Program-made: the position numbers and the translations under genes
The notes under the pieces: model-generated
The model's input: the letters and a program-made list of their open reading frames with translations, nothing else
Told to the model about the DNA's origin: nothing
Databases searched by the model: none
Assembly: GCA_020697715.1 (NCBI GenBank)
Contig: JAEHCO010000001.1
Location: 448,001-512,000 of the forward strand
From: Methanobacteriota archaeon
Lineage (GTDB): Archaea; Thermoplasmatota; Thermoplasmata; SG8-5; JAGLSY01
Length of the DNA: 64,000 bases
Reading direction: 5' to 3'
Part shown: in pieces, positions 38,799 to 47,451 of the stretch
Layout of the letters: every line of letters begins with the position of its first letter
Position numbering within the stretch: position 1 is the first letter of the stretch

Positions 38799-40169
38799 AT
38801 GATACCGATGACGAAAAAAGATGACATTTTGAAAGAATTCACTGAACTGCCGGGTGTCGGCATGTCGAAAGCCAAGATACTGTACCAGGGTGGTTTCGAT
38901 TCCATCAAGGCTCTGGAAAAGGCCAGTGTTGAGGAATTGACCAAACTGAAAGGCATCAATAAGAATTTGGCAAATGGTATCCATGAGCATTTTCATCCCG
39001 ATGGTGATGATGATGAAGAAGAAGGCGTTGTTATTGACATTGATATTGATGAAGAAGAGACGAAGGCAGAGCCCGAAATTGAAGAGGAGCCAGACTCAAA
39101 GGAGAAGACCGAGGATGAGGAACTCATGGAACGCGGTCTTGACCTTTATAAGAAAGGCAAATGGGGCCAGGCTTTACAAAGTCTGAAAGAAGCTCTGAGG
39201 GTGAACCCCACCAATGAACAAGCCCACCTGATCACGGGAGATATCTTCTGCGAGCGTGGCAAATTCGAAAAAGCCATGGAATCCTATGAGATACTTATCG
39301 AGATAAATCCGAAAAATGACGAGCCCTGGGTGAAATACGGGGACGCGCTCATGGCACAGGACAGATCGGCCGAGGCCATCACTTGCTACAAGAAAGCTCT
39401 GGAGATAAACGAGAACAATGAGCAGGCCATGGAAAGACTGATGGAAAATGAGAGGATCAAGACCTATGTTGAAGGTCTGGATGAAACCCTGGACGGCGGT
39501 ATACCGGCCAGACATATAGTCCTTGTTTGCGGCAGGGCGGGATCCATGAAATCATCTTTCTGTTACAGCATACTTCATAACCTATCAAAGAAAGAGAATG
39601 TCAAAGGAGTTTATCTCACTCTCGAGCAGAGTAGGGCCAGTCTCCAGAGGCATATGAAGAAACTGGGCTTCGATTCAGAGGGCGCGTCCAATCTCATTGT
39701 GAATGATATGGATGACATGGTCGTCATCGACATCGCTCATCTGAGAAAGGAGACCGATACCACCGAGTTAGATGGTATCGACTGGCTTAATTCCATAATC
39801 ACCCAGATCCAGAATTACAAGAAGGCGTTCGGCTGCGAAGTGATAGTGTTGGATTCACTATCAGCTCTTTACTCACTTACGACTTTCAAGAATCCGAGAA
39901 GTGAATTGTTCTTCTTCTTCGAGAAGCTGAGGGACCTGGGCATCACGGTCTTCATAATCGCCGAGATGTATGATCCTGAAAAGGAGATATTCGGAACCTA
40001 TGGAGTTGAAGAGTTCCTGGCAGATTCCATCATCCATCTTAAGACCGAGAAGTCTGGCAAAGGCACGAATCTATTCCTGGGCGTGGTGAAGATGAGGGAG
40101 ACCAATCATGGAAGGGATTATAACCCGCTCATCGTTGATAAGACCGGGTTCGCCATCGTGCATGATTGA
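38799..40169 (+). CDS. HhH-TPR-KaiC/RAD55 ATPase fusion
   Basis: LPGVGMSKA and LKGIN HhH; 3 TPRs; IKTYVEGLD, GRAGSMKS, TLEQS, VLDSL, KMRET. Confidence 0.88.
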   Translation: MIPMTKKDDILKEFTELPGVGMSKAKILYQGGFDSIKALEKASVEELTKLKGINKNLANGIHEHFHPDGDDDEEEGVVIDIDIDEEETKAEPEIEEEPDSKEKTEDEELMERGLDLYKKGKWGQALQSLKEALRVNPTNEQAHLITGDIFCERGKFEKAMESYEILIEINPKNDEPWVKYGDALMAQDRSAEAITCYKKALEINENNEQAMERLMENERIKTYVEGLDETLDGGIPARHIVLVCGRAGSMKSSFCYSILHNLSKKENVKGVYLTLEQSRASLQRHMKKLGFDSEGASNLIVNDMDDMVVIDIAHLRKETDTTELDGIDWLNSIITQIQNYKKAFGCEVIVLDSLSALYSLTTFKNPRSELFFFFEKLRDLGITVFIIAEMYDPEKEIFGTYGVEEFLADSIIHLKTEKSGKGTNLFLGVVKMRETNHGRDYNPLIVDKTGFAIVHD

Positions 40170-40205
40170 CACTCACTCTGGCAGTAGCATGGAAGGAGTC
40201 ATTGA

Positions 40206-41042
40206 ATGATACCACTGGATAGAGAAGCCTACGGAAAAATCGCCAATCAGTTACGGGCCATTCCTTTCAATACACTTTTTGCCAGGCAGGTGGTCAATGG
40301 CCATATTGATGGAAAAATCTTCGTCGATAATACTTCGGAGCCAAGGTCATTTTACATACTCCATCCTTATGGAATGTCACTACTTTTTGGAGTTATGGAC
40401 AATCCGAAATTCAATGACTGGCTCAAAACCTACATAATGGATCCCGAAGGCAAGAGGACGAAGAACGAATACCTGCAGGTGTATCCAGAGGCATGGGGAG
40501 GATTTGTCAAAAAGATAGCTGGCCCATCCTATCATGGTCTGAGCGATGGCGAAGACCATGATAGAAAGAAGATAGTGGCGGACGAGCGCATTAATTTCAT
40601 CTTCCGCGATCTGAAAGATATTCCCAAAAATTCGGAATGCCAGGTGGTTCAGACAGATGGGGAATTGTTCAATAAAATGGAAGGGACCGTGATCCCTCAG
40701 GAATTCTGGGAGGATGCGGATGATTTTGTTGAGAATTCTGTAGGATTCTCCGCCCTTGTGAATGGCGAGCTGGCATCCACTGCTTTCGCGGCCTTCATAG
40801 TGGAGGATAAGGACATTGACAAAAAATACCTGGAGATAGGGATCGAGACTCTTCCACAATTTTATGGAAGGGGGTTGGCGCAGCAGGCCTGTGCAGGCCT
40901 CATCGAGTATTGCCTGGAAAATGATTACGAACCTGTATGGTCATGCCGTGGCAATAATATCGGAAGTGCCAGGCTGGCGAAAAACCTGGGGTTCGAAGAG
41001 GTATTGAGGCTCGGGTATTGGATGATCAAAGCAAGTGATTAG
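40206..41042 (+). CDS. GNAT acetyltransferase
   Basis: LEIGIETLPQFYGRGLA...PVWSC...NIGSARLAKNLGF. Confidence 0.88.
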   Translation: MIPLDREAYGKIANQLRAIPFNTLFARQVVNGHIDGKIFVDNTSEPRSFYILHPYGMSLLFGVMDNPKFNDWLKTYIMDPEGKRTKNEYLQVYPEAWGGFVKKIAGPSYHGLSDGEDHDRKKIVADERINFIFRDLKDIPKNSECQVVQTDGELFNKMEGTVIPQEFWEDADDFVENSVGFSALVNGELASTAFAAFIVEDKDIDKKYLEIGIETLPQFYGRGLAQQACAGLIEYCLENDYEPVWSCRGNNIGSARLAKNLGFEEVLRLGYWMIKASD

Positions 41043-41046
41043 CCAG

Positions 41047-44000
41047 TTAAAAGTCAAACAACGTGCAGTCCTTCACCTTCTCATTCTGGAAAAGCGAGCA
41101 TATGGACTTTTCCATGTTCTCAATTCTCTGGATCGTGTATATGGAGATATCGAAATCTCTTGCGATATCCTTTGACATGACCAGGTATTTCCTCACACTG
41201 GCGGGGTGCACGGTCAGTATGAGCTTATTACCGCAGTAACAATGACCGATGACCGGTATTCGTCGATATTTCTTACCGCATTTCGTACACCTGACGGTCT
41301 GGGTGGAGAAGGATTTGAGATTGCCGATCATATCGGGCATGAAATGTCCGGATATCAAGCGCTCGGCCACATCCTTATGATCCACTGCCCTTATCTTCCT
41401 TGCCAGTTCGAGTTGCACACGGGTCTTTTCCGCCATCGATTCCAGGGTCTTGTATGATGACACAGTGGGCCCATCAGAGACATTATGTGTGTCATTGGTG
41501 AATCCAAATCTCTCGTATTGGAGAACGGTGCCTATCCTGCTGCCCGCGGTATCCAGAAGATGCTCGATGGACTGCGTGTCCTTGAATTCCTTGCCAGCTT
41601 CATACATCTCTATAGGATATTCGAACATGAGGTCCACATTATGCGCTTCCTTGTCTATCTCATTAGGATTGAGAATTGTAGACAATAGCAATGGCGCGTC
41701 CATTCTGCCACCGCGCCTTTCAGGTAGATAGGACCAGGAGAAATTGAGCAATCCATCCATAAGCAACATGAAGCAATCCTCATCACCATCGCAATTACGC
41801 CTCTTGGCGGCATGGAAATATGGATGAGCGAATCCCACACTGGCTTTTGTAAAACCTATCAATCTTGAAAGAACCCCTCCGGACGTATGTGGAGAAAGTC
41901 CCATCATGGAAGATCCGATGAGATCGTCCCTCTTATTGGCTTTATAGAAAGGCTCCATGCCATAGATCAGGGTGAGCTCATCATCGATGTATTTCGACAC
42001 CTGGACCATGTAATCTCCCCCATCCAGAGGCATTATCACATCCTGGACCTTGAGCTCCAGCATCTGATCGTCATTTGTCAGCTTCTTGCCATGTATATCC
42101 TTTTCATAGCCCAATTTCCTCAATACTTCTACCGTTGCATTGATCTCAAAGGGCTTGAAGTGCGTTATAGGAGCATCCGTCGCATCATACCGGCATGTGC
42201 CATCCTTGAACACGAAGACGCCGTTCATGGCCCTTAGAATGCCCTTTTCTGGCATCTCCACGCTCTTGTTCCTCGATATCATGCCCTTCACACCTTTGAC
42301 CTTCGGCATTTTGTCAAAGGGGATCTTCAAATTTGCCATCGCGCCCCTCACCATCCCATTGACATCGATCTCCTGTTCCTCATGTGTTTCAGTAGGGGCT
42401 CGATGTTCTCCACAATCGCACTTGGGCAGACTCCCCTGGCCTCCACACTTCGTGCATTGTCGCACCTCGACATCGATGTTGATCTGGCTTTTGGAGACCT
42501 TGGCGGCTTTGTTCAGAAGCCTTCCAGCTCCTCCAGCAGTTCCTATTCCGAAAAGGCTGTGAACAGGGGGATTCATCTTCCTCATATCCCCCTTCTCCGG
42601 TCTGGCCATCCTGGCTCCGATCCTGGTGCCGCATTTGTCCTCGATACGAATTCCAGCAAGTGAAGAAACATATTCCAGGGTCGTTCCATCGACTTCCACA
42701 TCTCCTTTGATCACAATTTTTATGGATCGTCCATCACTGCCAGTCTCAAGATCCAGGCATCGGATGATAGCCTGGCCGTTCTCCACGTCATAAAGGCCAT
42801 CGGAATTCTTTTTGTAAGGCACACCCAGTTGGACCAAGATACCTTTGATCCTTTCATCATCCTGTATGACCAGGTCGTCAGATATCATCTCCCCCAGCTT
42901 GACCAGGAGGATCCGTAATTGATCGATCTCATCTATTGTCAGGTCATTCCAGAAATAAGTGTAATTGGGATGAAGAGGAATATCATGTTTCTTCGAATTC
43001 TCAAAGGCCTGGTCGATATTCGGATCCAGTAACTTTTCCTCATATTCCAATCCTTTACCTCTCAATATCGCCTTGTACCACCCGATGTCGAAGACACCTG
43101 GCACCAATGGGTGATTGTTCTCCAGGAATTCGCCCACTGGTATCAATATCTCTCCCAGATCGACTATCTCTTTTATGTCATATGTCAGAGCCTTTGCTTC
43201 CATAGGATCGTTCAATCTTAAGAAATCTCCATTTTTGAGGATGACCAGCGGTCCCTCGATGGTGTCACAGGGCATGGAGATACCTGCTTTTCCCGGCCTT
43301 TCGATCTTTATCTGCGTGCCCACGGCAGCAGTTTGTTCCACAATATACATGGTGGATGGATGGATACTGATGGATGCCAGCCCGGCAGTTCTTGATCTGC
43401 CGTACCTGAGCCTGAAGGATCCCTTTGCCATTGGATGGCCATACACTGGCCTTCCACCAACCATGTCCTTTATGAACTTGTAATTTGGTTCTACTGATTT
43501 GATCGGCCCAGTGTCTTCTTTCTTCTTCACTATCTTATCAATGAACTCCCACCCATCGATCTTCATGTTCCTCACATGCTTCTGTATCTTCGAGCCCTTC
43601 TGGCAAAGTCCTTCGGCAATGACCAGGCACGGCCCGCCCCTGACACGATTTGTCTTGATACGTGGCAGATCACGATGTCCAGATATTTCCGCCTTCTCGG
43701 TCCCATCTCCATCGACACAAATTGGACAATTGTTCAGTATTATCTCGATCTCTTTATCAGTGGGTGTGTACTGGAGATGTTGTTTCTGGCGGTAGAGTGG
43801 TATCTCTTCCTTCCACCTCTCCACCTCTTGCTCCGTGGCCTTATAAACTCCGATGCCCAATTCTCGCCGAACGACATCGGCGATGAGAATGCTCATCGCC
43901 TGGCCAGTACCTCCAGCCGAGCGTATCGGACCTGCATAATAGATGGACACATAATCCTTACCACCGGTTTCATTGATCTCCACACCGGAAATACCATCGA

Positions 44001-44370
44001 GAGGCGCTACCAGGATTCCTTCGGTCAGAACAGCCAGTCCAACCCTGACGGCCGTATCCAGGGCAATGTCCTTCGTTCCTTTGAACTCTCTTGCCACCTT
44101 CTTCGCCACCAGCAGGGACGTGATCTCTCTATTGTTATTCTCCGCGATCTCCCTGATCATCTCAGCCACATTTTCCAATGGTAGCTCCTTCAATTGATTT
44201 TCCACCCTGGATGCCAGATCATCCGCTTGTGGAATTTCCACTTCCAGAGAGGGATCGAAACCTTTGGACCTTGCTTCACCAGCGACCTCGTAACATCTAT
44301 CGGCCTCGGACATCAAGGCATCGAAATATTTTTTCATCTCTTCGCTGGCAATTATTTCCATATATCCCAT
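41047..44370 (-). CDS. polC: DNA polymerase D large subunit (DP2), no intein
   Basis: YAGPIRSAGGTGQA, RLRYGRSR, RIGARMARPEK, KDGTCRYD, HAAKRRNCDGDED, C-terminal Zn finger. Confidence 0.98.
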   Translation of the reverse strand: MGYMEIIASEEMKKYFDALMSEADRCYEVAGEARSKGFDPSLEVEIPQADDLASRVENQLKELPLENVAEMIREIAENNNREITSLLVAKKVAREFKGTKDIALDTAVRVGLAVLTEGILVAPLDGISGVEINETGGKDYVSIYYAGPIRSAGGTGQAMSILIADVVRRELGIGVYKATEQEVERWKEEIPLYRQKQHLQYTPTDKEIEIILNNCPICVDGDGTEKAEISGHRDLPRIKTNRVRGGPCLVIAEGLCQKGSKIQKHVRNMKIDGWEFIDKIVKKKEDTGPIKSVEPNYKFIKDMVGGRPVYGHPMAKGSFRLRYGRSRTAGLASISIHPSTMYIVEQTAAVGTQIKIERPGKAGISMPCDTIEGPLVILKNGDFLRLNDPMEAKALTYDIKEIVDLGEILIPVGEFLENNHPLVPGVFDIGWYKAILRGKGLEYEEKLLDPNIDQAFENSKKHDIPLHPNYTYFWNDLTIDEIDQLRILLVKLGEMISDDLVIQDDERIKGILVQLGVPYKKNSDGLYDVENGQAIIRCLDLETGSDGRSIKIVIKGDVEVDGTTLEYVSSLAGIRIEDKCGTRIGARMARPEKGDMRKMNPPVHSLFGIGTAGGAGRLLNKAAKVSKSQINIDVEVRQCTKCGGQGSLPKCDCGEHRAPTETHEEQEIDVNGMVRGAMANLKIPFDKMPKVKGVKGMISRNKSVEMPEKGILRAMNGVFVFKDGTCRYDATDAPITHFKPFEINATVEVLRKLGYEKDIHGKKLTNDDQMLELKVQDVIMPLDGGDYMVQVSKYIDDELTLIYGMEPFYKANKRDDLIGSSMMGLSPHTSGGVLSRLIGFTKASVGFAHPYFHAAKRRNCDGDEDCFMLLMDGLLNFSWSYLPERRGGRMDAPLLLSTILNPNEIDKEAHNVDLMFEYPIEMYEAGKEFKDTQSIEHLLDTAGSRIGTVLQYERFGFTNDTHNVSDGPTVSSYKTLESMAEKTRVQLELARKIRAVDHKDVAERLISGHFMPDMIGNLKSFSTQTVRCTKCGKKYRRIPVIGHCYCGNKLILTVHPASVRKYLVMSKDIARDFDISIYTIQRIENMEKSICSLFQNEKVKDCTLFDF

Positions 44371-44421
44371 CCCACTTGAAAAAGACTAATTTCTGTGAGG
44401 CAAGGGGGATGGCACTAAGGG

Positions 44422-44474
44422 TTTTTATAAGTAGCGATTGAGACGAGCCAGTCATCCGAAATGAGATGACTGGC
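44422..44474. promoter_or_regulatory. TATA-like box for polC and adjacent 10-bp inverted repeat
   Basis: Minus-strand TTATAAAAA at 44422-44430; GCCAGTCATC-N8-GATGACTGGC at 44447-44474 in the divergent intergenic region. Confidence 0.45.
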
Positions 44475-44587
44475 CAATCCAAATCTCAATAGTTCATTCT
44501 CATTTGTAGGTTCTAATTATTTGTTAAAAAAACAGGTGGAGAGGGAATTAATATTTATTCTCCGAATTATACCGTGTTAGTGATAAT

Positions 44588-45133
44588 ATGACCGATCAAG
44601 ATGCCTGGATGGCGAAGATAGAAGAGGGAAGAGCCGAGAAGGACGTGTGGCTTTCAAAAGATGGCCAGTCCCCAATACCTCTCATGAAAAGGAAGAAGTT
44701 CAAGGGTCTGGAATATTTCACACCAGACCCTGAATTCGCTTTCAAGCTGGAGCTTAAGGAGCATGTGGAAAAGAAAAAGCTCGTGGTCAAGGACTCGAAA
44801 GGCAATGATAGGAATTTCATCGCCTGGGGGGAATTTGTTTTCAATATTCATGGTGTGGATCACAAGCTCCAGGCTTACAAAACAGATGCGGGAGAGAAAA
44901 GGCTGTTCATTCCTTTCAAGGATGGGACATCGGGCAAGGAATCTTATGGAGCTGGCAGATATCTCGACCTACAGGAGGAAACTGACCTTTCAGATGGGAA
45001 ATGGGATCTGGATCTCAATAATGCTTACAATCCCTGGTGTGCGTACAATCATAATTACGCTTGCCCATTGGTGCCACCGGAGAACTGGCTCGATGTCAGG
45101 ATAGAGGCTGGAGAGAAGAGCCATTCACACTGA
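44588..45133 (+). CDS. DUF1684 family protein
   Basis: LFIPFKDGTSGKESYGAGRYLD, LDLNNAYNPWCAYN...CPLVPPEN...AGEK. Confidence 0.93.
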   Translation: MTDQDAWMAKIEEGRAEKDVWLSKDGQSPIPLMKRKKFKGLEYFTPDPEFAFKLELKEHVEKKKLVVKDSKGNDRNFIAWGEFVFNIHGVDHKLQAYKTDAGEKRLFIPFKDGTSGKESYGAGRYLDLQEETDLSDGKWDLDLNNAYNPWCAYNHNYACPLVPPENWLDVRIEAGEKSHSH

Positions 45134-45156
45134 TCGGGCTGCTGTGAATGATAAGA

Positions 45157-46410
45157 TCAACTGGAATTTGTTTTCCTAACGGCCACCAATGGCAATAATG
45201 CGAGGTAAATCAACCCCACAACTGCAAGTGCCTGGCCAACCCCATACACATCGGCCAGCCAACCGATAAGCGGGGCGAATACCGCGGTTATCATGGTCTT
45301 CACCTGGGATTCCACACTGAGGCCAGTGGCCATAACTTTGCTGGGAATGGTGTCGCTGATATAACCAACGTTCATCGGCCTGCGTACATTGTGGGTGATG
45401 AAGATACCGATGAAGCCAGCCACCGCGATAGGATACCATTTCATGTAGGCGGAAATTCCCGAAATGACGATGAGCGCTCCTCCGATCACGTATGTGATGT
45501 TTATCCCTCTGGATATATCTGATAATTTGGACGCGATCCGCCCCGCGCTTCTTGAAGTAACGGATGTCATGAGATAGAGGAAGAAATATGTCAGACCGAC
45601 GAGCACGGCCACTCTCTCTTGATCGACCAGGTAGAGGAACACTGGCAGAGCGACAGCCTGCGCCTCCAGGATCGGCTGAAGATATTCCTTGGAGGATCTG
45701 AACACACCTCCAAATACCGAAGAATTCATTATGCCGCGCATGGCATTTTTGTTTTTAAAAATGCCAATGAAGGAATTCCATGTCTCTGAGAATGATCTTT
45801 TGACCCCGTCCCTGGTCTTCTCCCTACCCATTGCGATATCCCCGTCCAGATAGGCGGGATACGAGGCCATGAGAAATAATTCCAAGATATAGGGGATGGT
45901 GGATGCCAGGAACACGATCTTGTAGTCGCCAGTGTAGATGACCAGGGCGATCGCGATGAGAGCGGAAAGCGCGGATCCGAGCTGAGATGCGGATCTAGTT
46001 CGTCCATAATATTCCACTTTCTTGTGTGTGATCTTCTTAATTTTCAGATAATCGAGTATCATGGCCTTGTGTGTGCCGCTCCTGAAGGCCTCTCCAGCAG
46101 CGAGGAATATCATGGCCAGTGCGAAGGACCAGAAGCCAGGAAATAGATAGAATATCAGAAACGCACCCAGGCAGAAAGAGAATGAAAGGATCATTGATTT
46201 GCGCCTACCGAAAGTGTCTGCCAGGAAACCCGTTGGTATCTCGAACACATTGATGAATATTTCTCGGATAGAATACAGTAAACCTATCGACAAAAAGGAG
46301 AGGCCAGCATCCATGAAGAATAGAAGAATGAAGGGGTCGAAAAAACGCAGATTTTTCAAAAATCCATAAAGGCGGAATTTCAGATACATGCGATCACGGG
46401 GGACGGCCAT
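45157..46410 (-). CDS. MFS transporter
   Basis: About 12 hydrophobic helices; EIPTGFLADTFGRRKS, FRSGT motifs. Confidence 0.92.
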   Translation of the reverse strand: MAVPRDRMYLKFRLYGFLKNLRFFDPFILLFFMDAGLSFLSIGLLYSIREIFINVFEIPTGFLADTFGRRKSMILSFSFCLGAFLIFYLFPGFWSFALAMIFLAAGEAFRSGTHKAMILDYLKIKKITHKKVEYYGRTRSASQLGSALSALIAIALVIYTGDYKIVFLASTIPYILELFLMASYPAYLDGDIAMGREKTRDGVKRSFSETWNSFIGIFKNKNAMRGIMNSSVFGGVFRSSKEYLQPILEAQAVALPVFLYLVDQERVAVLVGLTYFFLYLMTSVTSRSAGRIASKLSDISRGINITYVIGGALIVISGISAYMKWYPIAVAGFIGIFITHNVRRPMNVGYISDTIPSKVMATGLSVESQVKTMITAVFAPLIGWLADVYGVGQALAVVGLIYLALLPLVAVRKTNSS

Positions 46411-46494
46411 GAACGTGTATTGGCTGAGGAGTAAATAGAATTTCCTGAGAATATCGGCAAAGGTTTAAGTTCCGAATCCATATAATCTGTTAAT

Positions 46495-46695
46495 ATGACC
46501 ATCGAGGTGAATAGCAATATAGTGGATTTCGTGGAGGGTGAGACCATCGCCCAGCTCCTGAAGCGCATGAATTTTGTATTTCCACTTATCGTGGTCAAGA
46601 TAGATGGGGTATTGGTGAAAAAAACTGATTTTGATTCTACCACCTTCCCGGATGGAGCCAGTATCCAGATGATACATCTGATAAGTGGTGGTTGA
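46495..46695 (+). CDS. ThiS/MoaD-family sulfur carrier
   Basis: 66-aa ubiquitin-like protein ending in ISGG. Confidence 0.88.
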   Translation: MTIEVNSNIVDFVEGETIAQLLKRMNFVFPLIVVKIDGVLVKKTDFDSTTFPDGASIQMIHLISGG

Positions 46696-46711
46696 ATAGA
46701 GAACAAGAGGG

Positions 46712-46894
46712 TTGAAAATGAATGTCGAATTGATAAAAGAAAAACTGGCTGAGGCAAGCCATGACGGCGAGATCACATGTGCCGAGTGCATGGTCGTGGG
46801 TGAGGAACTGGGAGTTTCGGTCAATGGATTCGCACAGATATTGACCGATATGGATATCAGGATAATCAAGTGCCAGCTTGGGTGTTTTCCATAG
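46712..46894 (+). CDS. Small Cys-containing hypothetical protein
   Basis: ITCAEC...ELGV...IRIIKCQLGCF; between thiS-like and mobB genes. Confidence 0.75.
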   Translation: MKMNVELIKEKLAEASHDGEITCAECMVVGEELGVSVNGFAQILTDMDIRIIKCQLGCFP

Positions 46895-46910
46895 TTTTTG
46901 AGGATGTAGA

Positions 46911-47447
46911 ATGATAATCGTTTCCCTTATTGGATTGAAAAAGTGTGGTAAGACCACCACGGCCGAAGCTCTCATATCGGAGTTCAAATCACGTGGCATG
47001 AAAGTGGGTGGAGTGAAGTGGATGGTGCACTCGAACTTCACTATCGACACAGAGGGGAAGGACACATGGCGACAGAAGCGTGCGGGGGCGGATTTCGTGA
47101 TTTCCATGTCCAAGGATGAGATGGCTTTTGTGCAGAACAGACCCGAGCGGCCGAGCTTGGATGACGTACTGGCTTTGGTTCCCGATCACACTGATATCCT
47201 GATATGCGAGGGCTTGATGGACAGCAGGCCGAATGTGATCAAAGTAGTTATTGCCAAGGCGCTGGAGACCCTGAACGAGACCTTTGAAGTTCGTGGGATC
47301 GAGGATGGTGTGATCGCTTTGTCTGGAATCATCTCGAATGAAACACTGGAACATCCGGAATTGCCTGTGTTCAACTGCACACTTCCCAGAGGGGCGGAAG
47401 GACTGGCCGATCTAATTATAGAAGAATATAAGAAATTAGATATCTGA
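46911..47447 (+). CDS. mobB: Molybdopterin-guanine dinucleotide biosynthesis protein B
   Basis: GLKKCGKTT P-loop, IDTEGKDTWR...AGA, DILICEG. Confidence 0.88.
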   Translation: MIIVSLIGLKKCGKTTTAEALISEFKSRGMKVGGVKWMVHSNFTIDTEGKDTWRQKRAGADFVISMSKDEMAFVQNRPERPSLDDVLALVPDHTDILICEGLMDSRPNVIKVVIAKALETLNETFEVRGIEDGVIALSGIISNETLEHPELPVFNCTLPRGAEGLADLIIEEYKKLDI

Positions 47448-47451
47448 ACTA

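Noticed and set aside
41047-44370. Intein in DP2
   Set aside because: HAAKRRNCDGDED is contiguous and the length is normal
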